Source of the DNA: Paraspadella gotoi
Taxonomy: Eukaryota > Animalia > Chaetognatha
DNA: 64,000 nt
Assembly: GCA_051294375.1 (NCBI GenBank)
Contig: CM119265.1
Coordinates: forward strand, 15,719,201 to 15,783,200
Direction of reading: 5' to 3'
Of this stretch, positions 25,301 through 38,236 are shown piece by piece. The notes under the pieces were generated by a model. That model had not been told where the DNA came from. It did not search any database and worked only from the letters and a program-made list of their open reading frames with translations. Made by a program: the position numbers and the translations under genes. Every line of letters begins with the position of its first letter. Positions within the stretch are counted from its first letter, which is position 1.

Positions 25301-28300
25301 TTTCACTTATTCTTCTTTCCGCCGGACCACTTAGTATGAGCGGTGCATTCCAATTGCTCGCTTAGCTCGAACCTCTGACCTTCTCTGTATCGTAGCTACT
25401 CTTGCTACCGAGAACCGCTCCAGTATTAAAGTCGAGGGCTTCCGTTACTGTTGACCTCACTGGCCCACGAGACCGCGCAGCTTGCTCGATCGATAAGGCG
25501 AACAACTCTTGTTTGAATCATACCGGAAGAACCGGTCGCTCTACTTAACCGGAATACACTGGTTCCTCCGGGCGGATGTTAGAGGGCCCTGCTCCCTTCG
25601 CGTCCGCTCTTGTCACCATTTCGCGGCATTCTGCACATGTCTGACCGGCGCGACGCGAGCGCATTGCCGTTCCCCGCCACGCCGGTCCGCGCTTGCCGAC
25701 CTGCCGGCTCCGCGAGCCGACACGCGCCGTAGTCTTCCTTTCGGGGTGCACCGTTCGTCGCTCTAATGTGTTTACGTATCCCGCCGAGACGCTACAGGTT
25801 CTGTTTTTCTATGCGCGCGCTCTCTCGACTCTTTATTTTCCTCGATTTTCAGCACTCGCGCTCCAAATTACATGGGTCTCTTTCTCTCGTACTTCCTACA
25901 ACAAGTGCATTGCCGTGTGTTATATTTGAGTGCAAATCGAAAAGGCAGAGGAGTTTCTGGTTAAATTCTGCGCGGTGGTCATACGTGGTTTTGTGGCAGT
26001 GTATATACTTATCCTTCATTATTAGCTTATATGGTGATATATGATATACTTATAAATATATTCTTGTTCGATGTTGAATTTACTCTTTTAAATTTTGATC
26101 TCTATATGAGACCTAGATACTCACTCTGACAAATAATATCAATAATAGTCAATTATTAAAATTGTACTAATAATATATGATAGATATCAAGCGAAATGAA
26201 TACTCCGAGTGATAAGATGAAAAAGCAAACGTAATCGAAGTGTCATTTAGACTCCTATACTGCGATTAGATAACCATAAACCAATAGTCTCAGCCGTCTA
26301 CACTTATGAGTCGTGAGTGCTTCCAGAAATACAAACTGACAACGACCTTTTATTCCCTTCTCTCCGATGCATGACCTATCTCCGCAACCACCTCTCTTGC
26401 CATCTACTACAACCATTATATTTCCAATCCCAAATTAACCAGGTCCTTCCATTGTGGTAAAGACTTTGCGATACACAATATACTCTGCGTACCAGTTTTA
26501 TAATCATTTTTCATCTCATTAAGAGAGAGAAGCTAATATCCCCCTCCGAATTTTGGCAAAGCCATTTCAATAAATATCAATCCTCTAGACTTACATCTAC
26601 CTTAATATGTATTAGTTTATGAGAGAAACCTGCTGAAACAAGAAAATAGAGCTTACAAGAAAATATAGCGTGGATTGTGAAGATGTCAATCGTCCGGACT
26701 TTTATTTAATCACTACGCCACTGTTTACGCTTCCTTACTATATAGATAGTTTACTTGCTTAATAGAACAGTTTTATGTAACTCTCTGAATATATATGCGC
26801 GTTATTTTGCGTCTTCAGTCTAAAAAATAACATCTATAATATTATTATCTGTGACGAACTTATTTAAAGGTCTCGCTAAGAAGTATTAATATATCAAATC
26901 ATACTTATAAACTATGTCTTATTCTTTAAGAAATGGCATAATTCTTCGTTTTTGCACATCTACATCTTCCTTCAGAGAGATACATTGCGTGGAATCGTGT
27001 ATAATAAATGAGATATGACTATAAACCTTTCAGGTAAGTACTAACATTGAGTTTTAAGGTTACACCCACGCTCTCCATAATACAGCTATCTATATGATTG
27101 TAATAAAAGTCTTTAATCATATAGACAATTAAATTATACAATACGATAATGACGAATTATTAATGAGAGTATAAAAATGAGGTAATGTGCATCGCATGCG
27201 TTACTTCGCGGTCTTAGTGATTATAAAAATAATGATAAAATAGACATATAAGATTTTGAGTTTAATAAATTAATATGAGCTCCAGCAGAATATATGTAGG
27301 CTCGTCTAGACAAATCATGCGCGAGGTAAACTCTTTTGTAAACTTGTTAAAAAGAGCAAGCGAAGCGACGCCCAACGGTTGCATGAGCTGAAGAATGCCT
27401 TCACTAGCATCTGGCGACTGTTGGTATGGCTCTCGGCCTCGAGTCCTGCCACTCTGGATAACGAGATACGAATGAACCTCCCTATCGCAAGGAGTACGAT
27501 CCCGATGATGCCATTTTTCGTGCGGATCAGTCTCTATGAAGCGCGCATGCGAAAGGCTGTGCCTCTCTTCTGTTCGTACCCATTCCTCTGTCGAACGTCC
27601 GTCTATGCCCTCCTTATATTTCATTAATGTTTTTTTAAATATTTCGAAATTTTAATCTCTCTCTCTCTCTTCTATTCATTGCGCTTACATCTAGCTCGCA
27701 TTCACCTTTGATCCTAAACTCCTTTCTCGCAATCTCGTGCTCAGGGTCTCCTGTGCTCCTCGTGCCTCCTCTGTCTCCGAATGTCTCGCCTGTTACTTAT
27801 CTCGTCTGGCTCTTGAATCCCCCGGATATACACGTATTTCTTGCAGTCTTCGAGTCGCTCAGAACCTCAAAAGTCAGAATATTCTCTGAAGGCAGATATA
27901 GTCAAAGATAAAGATAGAAGTCTGGTATCTCCTCTCCTCTATAATATCTCGCGCAAAACCCTCATTTGGGTTCGAAAAAAAAATGGAAATCGCCGAATGG
28001 AAGCCTTCCGGTGAATTCTCTGACGCAGAATTGCTTCGCCAGCACCGATCCTTCTCTGATAGAATGCAGATTTCAAATCAATCGAAATTCCCTATACTAA
28101 TAATATCCACCACTCTCTGCTTTTCTTTTACCATGTCTGTGTAACTTACAATCGTTCTACCAGTCACCAGCGACGAATGGCCTATAAAAGCGCGTGTGAA
28201 CACGCGAAGTGGCCTTATGTGTGCCACTCGACCGCGGCGGTCGATCTGAGAAACGGTGCCATGTCTGACTCACCAGGTCAAAAGTCTCTCTCTCCTCTGC

Positions 28301-29300
28301 CTGATTACGATGCTAGCAGAGCTTGCGGCGCAGGTGGGTGAGATGTCTTCGAAATTAGTATGTTGAGAAAGAAGCGGAAGAGGAGATGACACCCTCTGTT
28401 TAGAGACTACACCGGCCAGTCCCGTGGACGGACGAAGAAACTTTAGGCAGTGAAATATACCCAAGTGAAAGATCCAATGGGAGCGCAGTACAGTATCAGT
28501 ACTTAACGGCTCAACCGGGACTGGGAAATGAAAGAATATACACAAAAAATCGAGAGAACGCAATTAACAGAAACGAGCGAAGTGAAATACATAGAGAATG
28601 GATACAGAATTATTGTAATATAAAGTAGACTGATATCCTCTACTCTGACTGACTACAATTGCACACGAGACGGTGATATCTCGTAATCGTAGATCTAGAG
28701 ACTTCAGATAGTGAAATTTTTTTTTTTTAATAAGCGCGTGCTCACCCGATAGATCGGCAAATTATAATAGAGAACCGCACGAACGAAAAGCTGTATACCG
28801 CCACAGGGACAAACTGCGACAAATAGAGTTGTTAACATTATACATGTTTCTATATCTCTCTCTAAAGATTAACGTCGCGGTGGGTTACCTGAACATCTCT
28901 TTTCTCCTTTCCCGCTGCTTTTCCTTTCCTCCCTACTCTTCATACACTCCCAACAACTACAAAACCATGTGTTAATCCTTTCTTCCTTCTTCTTCACAAT
29001 CTCGTACTCCTCCACTCGCGTGCTGTTCCTAATATACCTTTCCTACCGGCACGTCGTACTCCTCTACTCCAATCTCGAGCTCACGCTATGAGGAATGGGA
29101 CCTCGATAATGTCATAAAACTGACATTATCTGTCCATAACACGCATGAAAATCCATCTTCCTAAAAATACTAAACTCAACCCGGCAGCTAGACACTGCGA
29201 TCGTGTGTTTCCATCGTTGATATTCCTTATGAATATCTCAAGTGAATACCCCTTTCTTCTTTGTGGTTGTCTCCGAAACCTCTCCGTAATCGCAACAAGA
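20950..29300 (+). repeat. Insertion-riddled tandem copy of ~16055-20950 (probable raw long-read gap-fill artefact)
   Basis: Colinear anchors: 16306/21463 caaatgacgaggggg, ~16505/~21782 aaaaatggaaagtgagaaacttgc, 18928/25498 gcgaacaactctt, 20222/27962 tcatttgggttcgaaaa, ~20510/~28377 gaagaggagatgacaccctctgtt; ends next to a 25-N gap. Confidence 0.9.
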
Positions 29301-29926
29301 ACACCCCCTCAGGCCGCGCTTCTTAATCAATTTCCTTCCAAACCATTATCAATGTTCTTTCCTCCGTCCCTTTCCTCCCCTCCTCTCTATTTTCTTTCCT
29401 TCTCCCTTCGTTCCCCTCATCTGCCTCTATCTCCGCCCGCTGAGCNNNNNNNNNNNNNNNNNNNNNNNNNAGAGTTCCTCCCTTTTTCCTCTTCCCTACC
29501 CTTGCCCCTCTCTCTCCTACCCCACCCTTTCTTTCCTCCGCCCCTTTCTTTCCTTTTCTTCTTTCTCCTTTTTTCCTTCCGCTTTTCTCCCTCTCTTCCC
29601 CCTGAGAGTTCCTCCCTTTTTTTTCCCCTTTCCTTTTTTTCTTTTCCCGTCATCAACCCCGGATGTTCACAAAGAGTTTTTTTTTTCTCCTTCCAAAGTC
29701 TCGTTTCTGGTTTGTTTCCATTCGTCTTGTTTTTTTCTCTTTCTGTTTCCGTCAGTCTGTTTTCCCCTGCCAAGTCTGTTTTCTTCATTTTGCCTTTCTT
29801 TTTTTTTTTCTGTCTTGTTTCTTTTTGCGTCCGCCTTCGGCATCTCCTTTTTTTTTTTCTTTCTTTTTTTTTCCTCCTTTTTAACTCCTTTTCTTTGCGA
29901 CACAATTTAGTTTTGAAGGCGCTCAG

Positions 29927-30117
29927 AGACGACGACGACGACGATGACGACGACGACGACGACGACGACGCCGATGATGATGTCGACGACGATGACGACG
30001 ACGACGACGCCGATGATGACGTCGACGACGATGACGACGACGACGACGCCGATGATGACGTCGACGACGATGACGACGACGACGACGACGACGACGCCGA
30101 TGATGACGTCGACGATG
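29927..30117. repeat. (GAC/GAT)n array with 39-bp higher-order period
   Basis: gccgatgatgaYgtcgacga recurs four times, mostly 39 bp apart. Confidence 0.88.
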
Positions 30118-30155
30118 GGTTGTAGGTTTTTTAAAATTAGTTTGTGTCTTCACTC

Positions 30156-30290
<135 letters not shown>

Positions 30291-30458
30291 ATTCTATTTA
30301 GTCCCACCAATTTTCGTCTTTTTTCGACTCATTTCCTTATTTACTCGCGGGAAAGCGTCTTCTTTCTTTCCTTTTTTTCCTTTCTTTTAATTTCCTTATC
30401 TCCATTCATTCACAACACCTTCTTTTCCTCTCTTTCTTTCTTTACTTCTCTCCCTTAA

Positions 30459-31344
30459 GGGGACCCAGTGATAAAAATGATATCAATAAGCCTTAAAGGG
30501 TCTATCATCAAAGGAATTTGAATGGTGATAGTCATTAATTTTTCTTTACACGGGAAAGTGGCAAAAAAATTCCTATCTCTTATTGTAGCAGAAACAAAAA
30601 TTAATAATTATGAAAAAAAAATTTAGTTGACCCTACCTAAATATTATATAATCCATTATTTTATTTTTGCATTAGAAAGTATTTTTTAATAAATTCCAAT
30701 TTTTTATTTCTTACTGTACAAAAGCTATAATTTTAGGTTTAAGCCTCATTAAACAAAGGCTTTACAAGACTAATATTTTTATATTTTATATTTACTTAAA
30801 AGCAGACAAATCAAACCTAAATTCTATTCTTACAGAAACAAAACTGTAATAATTATTAATTAATATTCATATTCTATCCCTTAAATGTATAATAAACATA
30901 TTGATTCCTATTATAAAAATTAAAAATTTAGCAAAAGTATAGAATCTTCTTTCTCTTTTATATTTATATTACTTCAAAGAGTTTTATTTTCATCCAATTA
31001 ACAGAATCATTTGAAAAGAAAAGTTTAAATAAAATCAGTCGATACCTTAAAATTTTGATTCATTCCTAGTTTTTTTTCTTATAAATTTTTGTTGATAAAA
31101 AGCTGAAAATCTTTTTAAAATTAGATCTTACCCTTTTTTAGAAAAAAAATTTTAAACTTGAAAAAAGATTTTCTTTCTTACTGATTTTTTAAAGAAAATT
31201 AAGCTCGCTGATTTTATCGAATTTTTTAACTACTTTCCCAAATGATTATAGAAGAAAAAATTATATGATCAGAACCAGCTTAAGTTAAAGGGTCAAACGT
31301 TATGTTTGGTTCAGCTTTTTGCACCCCCTGTTCACTTGGTCCCC
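30459..31344. mobile_element. Non-autonomous DNA transposon/MITE, Kolobok-like, 886 bp
   Basis: TTAA (30455-30458) GGGGACCCAGTGA ... TCACTTGGTCCCC TTAA (31345-31348): 13-bp TIR with 12/13 match, TTAA target duplication, purine (GG) termini; very AT-rich, CpG-poor interior unlike the flanks; no ORF. Confidence 0.8.
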
Positions 31345-32236
31345 TTAAGTAGTTCTCCCCGGATACTCTCCCCCCCCCCTTAGGGAACCAGTTCCCAGGC
31401 TGCCCGACTTCCCTCTAAGGTATCGTCGTTGACAAACGGAATTAAGACAATAGATCGTCAACATTCAACCGATCTCATCCTCAGTTTTAGTTACTGCATT
31501 ATACATAATATACATATACTATATAAACACTTTAGATTAATTATTTAAATTTAAGAAATTCAATGTGAATGGTACCAGCGATAAATTTTGTTCCGAAAAT
31601 ACAACGCTTTTAGCAATTAAGTCAAAAATATTTGATAAATTCAGAATTTGTAAAACTCAAAATGTCTTTGAATCGCCACCCTCGATAGCGTCGTCGTCGT
31701 CGTAGTCGTCGTCGTCGTCGTCGTCGTCGTTTTTTCATCGAATTTCGACGATTCTAAAAGCTAAAATGTGTTGTTTTCCTCTATTAAAGGAAAATCCTCA
31801 AAAATGTCAAAACGGAAAGACATAAATAAGCGAAGACGATGACGACATCGACTTTGATGACGACGACGACGACGACGATGACGACGATGACGAAGAATAC
31901 GGGTTGTCCACTTGCAACTTGAGTGTAAGGAATTTCTGAAGTCGCCGTCGTTGTCGTCCTCGATTTTCAAAACTCGTCGTCGTGGACTTCGTATTGAATA
32001 ATGAATATATAAAAAATGTGTTATTTTCTCAGGTCATCTACTTCACTTAAATACTGAGTAATAAGTCGCTTTATCCCCATTTCTCACACAACTCGCTTTT
32101 ATGCGCTATAGTTCATTCACAACTTTACACAGATCTCCCTCACAAGCACCGCCATTCGTTCTCCGAATTGTGAGCCAAAATTCGTGACAAGTGAGTCAGG
32201 GTTTTTGTCGTCCAGCTTCGGTCGTCGTCCGCTATT

Positions 32237-32273
<37 letters not shown>

Positions 32274-32991
32274 ATGTCGCCGATGTCGCCCCTCGTTCCC
32301 CTCGATCTCTTCCCTTTGATTTGATTAAGGCGGCACAAAAAAATGTACATTTTTTTCACAAACTAATGACGCAAGCCAAGACGGGAATATTCATCACTTA
32401 ATAAATTTCAGTTATTAAATTGTTTTTTTCCCGTTGATTATAAGGATAAAAAATTAAACTCTTCAGTGATTTCTGATTTCTGATTATTTTTTTTTTTTTA
32501 ATTCACAGTCAAATTGAAAAAAAATGTTTTGATTTATTTTTCACGTTTACTATTCGTGCCTCGTTTAGGAGAAAACTTGGGATTGAATTTATTAAGCTTC
32601 GAATATAAGGGATTCCTAAGTAGTAATGCCCGAAATTATAAATGTATTTCCTTTTTTATTTTCGAACAAACGACCCAAGATTAGAGCGAGGACAAAAATT
32701 ACGCCTTTTTAACTTTTAACGTGAACCAGACGAAGTTCATCCTACAAAAAAAGTGGTTGTATTTCGGGTTAATTTTTTGGTGCTTTACTATTTCCCTGCG
32801 ATATTTTGTTTATATCGAACGTTTGATTCGTTTCTCACGTCATCTTTCCTTCTCCCCCATCCTTTCTTAGCTTCCGCTGCTGCATCGCCAATCCCTACCC
32901 TCTCCATTCTCTCTCTCCATCTCCTCCCACAGGGAGTCAAACCCCCCACGCCGCGAGTTGTAATTCAATGTTGGAGAGTTTGCATCATAAG

Positions 32992-33120
<129 letters not shown>

Positions 33121-34411
33121 GTGAGAGGGCGAAATAACGAAACCAGCTGAGATCATGAGATCCCGATGTCCGCTGCGAGTTGGCGTCTGGTCTCCTTGGT
33201 GGAGGCGGCGAGCGTGGGGGTAGAAGTGGTGGTGGTGGTGGTGGTGGTGGCGGCGGCGTTGGCGGCGGCGGCGTTGGCGATGAATCGGACGGCAGGCGCT
33301 GGACCTGGATGACTTTTAAACTTCGTGTAATAATTTTTAAGGATACAATGACGCACTTTCATTTTTCGGAAATAGCGCAGCCTTTTCCCTTTCACTCTGT
33401 CTCTCTCTTCATTAATTAGTGACGTTTAAGAAGCAAACGTTAATTGGGTGGTTGGTTAAATGAGAGAGTATGTGTGTGAAGAAGACGGAGAGATAAACAG
33501 CATAGTTCGAGTGCGAGAGAGAGAAAGAAATAACGAATATTGAATAGTGAGAGAGAGAGAGAGAGAAAGCGCGCCAGATTCTACCCTAACATATTTTAAG
33601 AGAACGTTAAAACAGACGTGAACACATTTCAGTTTACTTAAAGTCTGAAGGTTCTGCCTCCGCCTACTTTCCAGTCTCTACCTAACCCCCCCATCCTCCA
33701 TCATCCCCGCAGGATTGACCTCGACACCCTCTAATCCGCCATATCCCCGAAGTCGGAAAGTCTCGACGGGTCGGGCCCAGTTTTTTTTTTACCCAGAAAA
33801 TTCGAATTTATTGATTTCCTTTTATGATCACAAACTTCGTCTGATCCGCGATTTTGCAAAGAGAGCTGTTGTTACGGTAGGCCGGCGTTGGACTCGATAC
33901 AAAATACCAAAAAGCCTTCTATCTTAACGTGTAATTTTAATGTTCGCTTTTAAAAATTATACGTTTCTTTTCTAGGAAAATTAAGCCTCTGTTGTTCATT
34001 TGTACAATGATTTTCATTTCATACCTTATACTTACCGTTATTTATCATCGATTCTGATTACATGATCGACTCCAGGTCTAATATTTCTTTCGCGGTTCAG
34101 ATTTTTTTTCTTTTGGTACCTTTTCCCTCTTTTTTTTTCTGATTTTTTCACATTTTTCGACCAAAAAGAAAAACATTGCGCGTTGGCCGAATTCGATCGG
34201 GATTCTCGGTTGGCGTTGTTGTTATTCTTTCGAGGCTTTTTTCGTATTGGGTCATAAGCAGATGAAGTTTGTTCTTACTTCGTTAAATTCCCTTATTTTC
34301 TCGTCCGTGACGTTAGTCTATAAAGCTAAACGGGTTATCGCCCCTTAAAATAGACCAGCGATTTTCCTCAGAAGGATAATTGTTCAATGTTCAGTCATAT
34401 CACTAAAATTC

Positions 34412-34449
<38 letters not shown>

Positions 34450-35121
34450 CCTCTCTCTTCCGTTCCCAGTTTTTGTCAAAATCGTTTCGGCTTTTTTTTT
34501 AACCTTCCAACGTTCATATTTACATATACACGCTTCCCTTCCTCCACGATGTTATTCTAAAACTTCGACAAATCATAAAAACTCATTTTTTTCTCTTCAA
34601 ACAGAAAAACTCAAAATCTCCAAGAAAAAAAAAACGTGTGGGAAAGTTTTAATTTTTTTTTTCTCTCTCTCTCTCTCTCGTTTGCCTTCAAATCTCGATC
34701 GATTCAGACTTTTTTAATTCATCAAAATTGTTGCTCTTTTTTTTTCCCTTTTAGATCAAAGTTGATTCTCAACACAGTCGCTTTCTTCCCTCCCTTCCGC
34801 TAGAGGTTAAAAAACAAACAACAAATACGATAACAACAATAACGAAATCCCCGGTGCGTTACAGCTCGCTCCGAAATTCCGGCTATCTGTTGGCCCGCCC
34901 GTCCGCCCAGTCCGCCCCGCCCGCTCGCTCGACGGATCGTCCTCGGTTTTTTCTTTATCGATGTCATCGTCGGTGATCGAAAGGGTGTTAGCGCCGCTTT
35001 AACATTCGATCTCAACTTACTAATCTCTCTTGATCGCATTTTGTGCAATCGACTTCCGCCTTCACCCCCGCCCCATTTATTTTTTGGATGAGTCACCCTC
35101 CGCCAAAGTGATAGTACTCAC

Positions 35122-35437
35122 CGCCCTTTCATCGGTTCGTGGTCAAAATTCGTAGCGAGCCCTATGAATGTCGACTCCACGGCGACCGTAAAATAGAATG
35201 ATTCGTCCATTCAAGTTTTTTAATTATAGTAGAACAACGGTTCCTGTCCCTAAGCCTTTCAATACTACATTATAATCCTGGGCTGCCTCGAACGCTTACC
35301 TCTCCGTAGGTATCGCGAATCCTCGACCCACTCGGCCGCGAAGACAGCCCTTCGCTCGAGCCCGGATTGCGGGAGCGGAGGAGAATTAATAGCATTAATA
35401 ATGAGAGGGAAAGTCGGCGGATCGAGACTCGCGAGTC
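35122..35437 (-). CDS. Two candidate internal exons (35437-35300, 35161-35122)
   Basis: Strong donors AG|GTAAGC and CG|GTGAGT; phase-1 join reads LASLDPPTFPLIINAINSPPLPQSGLERRAVFAAEWVEDSRYLRR-G-LATNFDHEPMKG; acceptors weak; product unknown. Confidence 0.3.
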
Positions 35438-35715
35438 CTGATATTTTTTTTTTTTTTTTTCGTTGACTCGAGTGCCGAACGACTTTTCACCGACTTCGCC
35501 ACTTTTTCGAGGGGAAAATAACGACGACGACGACGACGACGACGACGGAAGTGTTCAGTCCTGGTCAACTGGTTTCGTTCATCGGTATTAAAATTCAGTT
35601 TCTAACTGTTTTCTTCAATTTTTTTTTTCAGAAAAAAATAATCAAAGATGACTTTAATTTATGAGTAAGAACTGAACTGGTGAAAAACTTTAAAAACTGG
35701 GCAGATTCACTGATT

Positions 35716-35805
<90 letters not shown>

Positions 35806-37180
35806 CTCTCCCCCCCGATTCGTGCCCCTAGATTCCACGATTCTCGATTAATTCCGAATTCTAATAAAATTAAAAAAAGAAAAAAAAAAGACGAATCAAT
35901 TTTCAAAGCTGAAAAAAAAAAGAATGTTGGAATAGAGGGATCGCATTCACAGACACAAGATACGAACTTGAAGAATGTCAAGTCTCTCTCCGACTTCGAT
36001 TCGTGAACTCGGGATATTTATTTACTTTTTTTTTCTGCTCGAACTTTTTCCCCTCTCTCTCTCTCTTATTCAATCGCCGGCTTCAATGCTAGTTTTTTTG
36101 TTTAATATTAACGAACAATTTTCGTAAAGTTCGACAAAACGCGAAACTACGAAAAAAAGGAAAAAAATCAACATCGGACGCGAATATGAAAGCTATGACG
36201 GTAAGATCGATTATTTTGGGGAAAAAAAAGGCGCGGGAAATTTTAAGATTTTCTTACATCCGTCTAGAATTTCTGAGACGGCAAACTCTGTAACTCTAAT
36301 ACAAATGATAATTTGAAAGCGAGTTTTTGTCTTGTTATCGAGTACTCGTATGGCTACAACCCATTCGATAAGCCATTGCTCTACGACTGGCTTTTGGGAA
36401 ATAGCAGTTTATTGTAATTTAACTGAACAGCTTCGAATAAAAATTATATATTCGTACTCAAATGACGCGGAGAGTAGCCTCAAACGCGCCCAAAAAACGC
36501 CGCACCCTCAAGCGGCGAGAGTTCTTACCGTGTTTGTTCTTGGCCGATCAATTTTTTTTGAAATTCGTGCGAAGGAAAATCAGAATCTTATCGAGATTAT
36601 CACTTCGCCATTTCGTACCGAGTTTTACCGGAGAAGTTAAGTGTGTTCGCTCTTTTGGGATTTGGTCGGAACGCCATGTTACCGTTCGAGAAAAAGAATC
36701 TCAATGACAAACAGATAAATTATTTTAAATTGTTGGAATTATACTATATCATTCCTGGGACCAGGGATAGCTTAGCGTCCTCAATGATTAAACCGGATTT
36801 GCCGATCGAAACCTCCTCGAACTTTGACCCGGTTGTCGTCGTCGTCGTCGTCGTCTCTATTATCATATTTTCAAATCTGATTCTAATCTTTTATTTTTCT
36901 CGACTTTTTCACCTGGCGTTTTGCTCGATACCATTTCGTTTGGCGACATTTTTCTTGGAACAACCACATTTTAATTTTTCCCCCCGTATTTGTAATCCGC
37001 TTTACAATCTCAACATTCTTAGTAATTTTAAACGCTCGGCGAATTGTCTTCCACAACTGACCCATTAATTTTCGCATTTTCTGTCCGAATTAATATTCAA
37101 TAACTTTGGAAGAGATGTTTATAATTGAAAATTACCCCAGTATTGATTTTATCCGGACTGTTTAAGAGGAAGGAATCACC

Positions 37181-38236
37181 ATGGCTCACAACGCCAGTCC
37201 CTACACGGATCACACCAACTTTACCGGAAAAAATAAAAAATCGTTGAGGTGGGTCAACGTTTTATGCTCCAAATACGAGTTCAAATCAATTAAGTCTACT
37301 TTGCATTCCGTTGATCAAAAATGAAATCAATCAATAAAATAAAAAAAATCCTTTTCTCTCAATCAGATTCGAAATACGATTGTGGCTTTAGGTTCATAAC
37401 TTCCTCACGTGTGATTCTTTCCAATTTTGATAAACTCTGAGTTGATTTTTTGAAAATTTCGAATTGTAATTCTCTTTTCTCTTATCGGTATTTTCAAATT
37501 TCCGAGTCTAAACGTTTTTTCGTTTCCGGTTTCCAAAGCCGCGCCCGTTCCAACTCTTTGGAGGATGAAGCGCCGTCGACTCGTCCCAAGAGCCTCGCGC
37601 TGACGCAGCGTCTGAGTGTCACTCTCGACCGGCGTCACCTCCTGAAAAGCGGCGCCGGGAAATCGCGGCTCTCGATGCCGAACTTTTTGGAGACGACGTC
37701 CGGAAACGCGTCGCCGAAGACGCCGAGATGGTCGCCGACGACAACGACGCCGCCGAAGTTGTCGCCGAACATCGCCTTCAGGAATCGGTCCAAGTCGACG
37801 ACGCCACTGCCGGCTCAGGGAACGCTGGTCGGTCACGCCTGGAAGCCAGGTTTTATTTTGGCTCCGAAGTGCAGCTAATGGGGTGTGGTCGCTCGAACTC
37901 GCGGCTTTTAGGCGGAACTTACCTTCTCAGGCGAATGGAAAGGACTTGGATACGTGAAGAGGGAAATAAGTTGCCCGTCCCCTGGCGCTAGCGGCAACCC
38001 TGACCTTTCCAGACGAACCTCAGGTCTGCGCTTCATTTTACTAATATTTTAAATGAGGTTCGAAATCTTTAAATTTTTTTTCCTCACTCGATTACAAACA
38101 ATCCTCGATCGGGTCCTCAGCCGCCGCCAAGACTTCCCCTCTCGTTTCACGATCCAAATCGATGCCGCCGTTCAAACGCAGCGCCGTCGTCGTCGGAAAG
38201 AGAAAGTCCAACCTTTCCGATCTTCAATTAGCTTTG
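37181..38236 (+). CDS. Multi-exon gene for a Ser/Thr/Pro/Arg-rich protein (exons 37181-37248, 37539-37849, 38121-38236; 3' end unresolved)
   Basis: Kozak-like caccATGG; phases 2 and 1 join correctly: MAHNASPYTDHTNFTGKNKKSL-S-RARSNSLEDEAPSTRPKSL...GHAWKP-A-AAKTSPLVSRSKSMPPFKRS...DLQLAL|GTAAGT. Exon 3 may extend to ~38328 and a last exon may lie at ~39601-39743. Confidence 0.68.

Noticed and set aside
21700-28600. Non-repetitive ORFs in the high-complexity stretch
   Set aside because: They lie in the error-laden duplicate of 16055-20950
29145-30125. Longest ORF (326 aa) with a poly-Asp tail
   Set aside because: Crosses an N gap and consists of noisy sequence, pyrimidine tracts and a GAC array; not a credible protein
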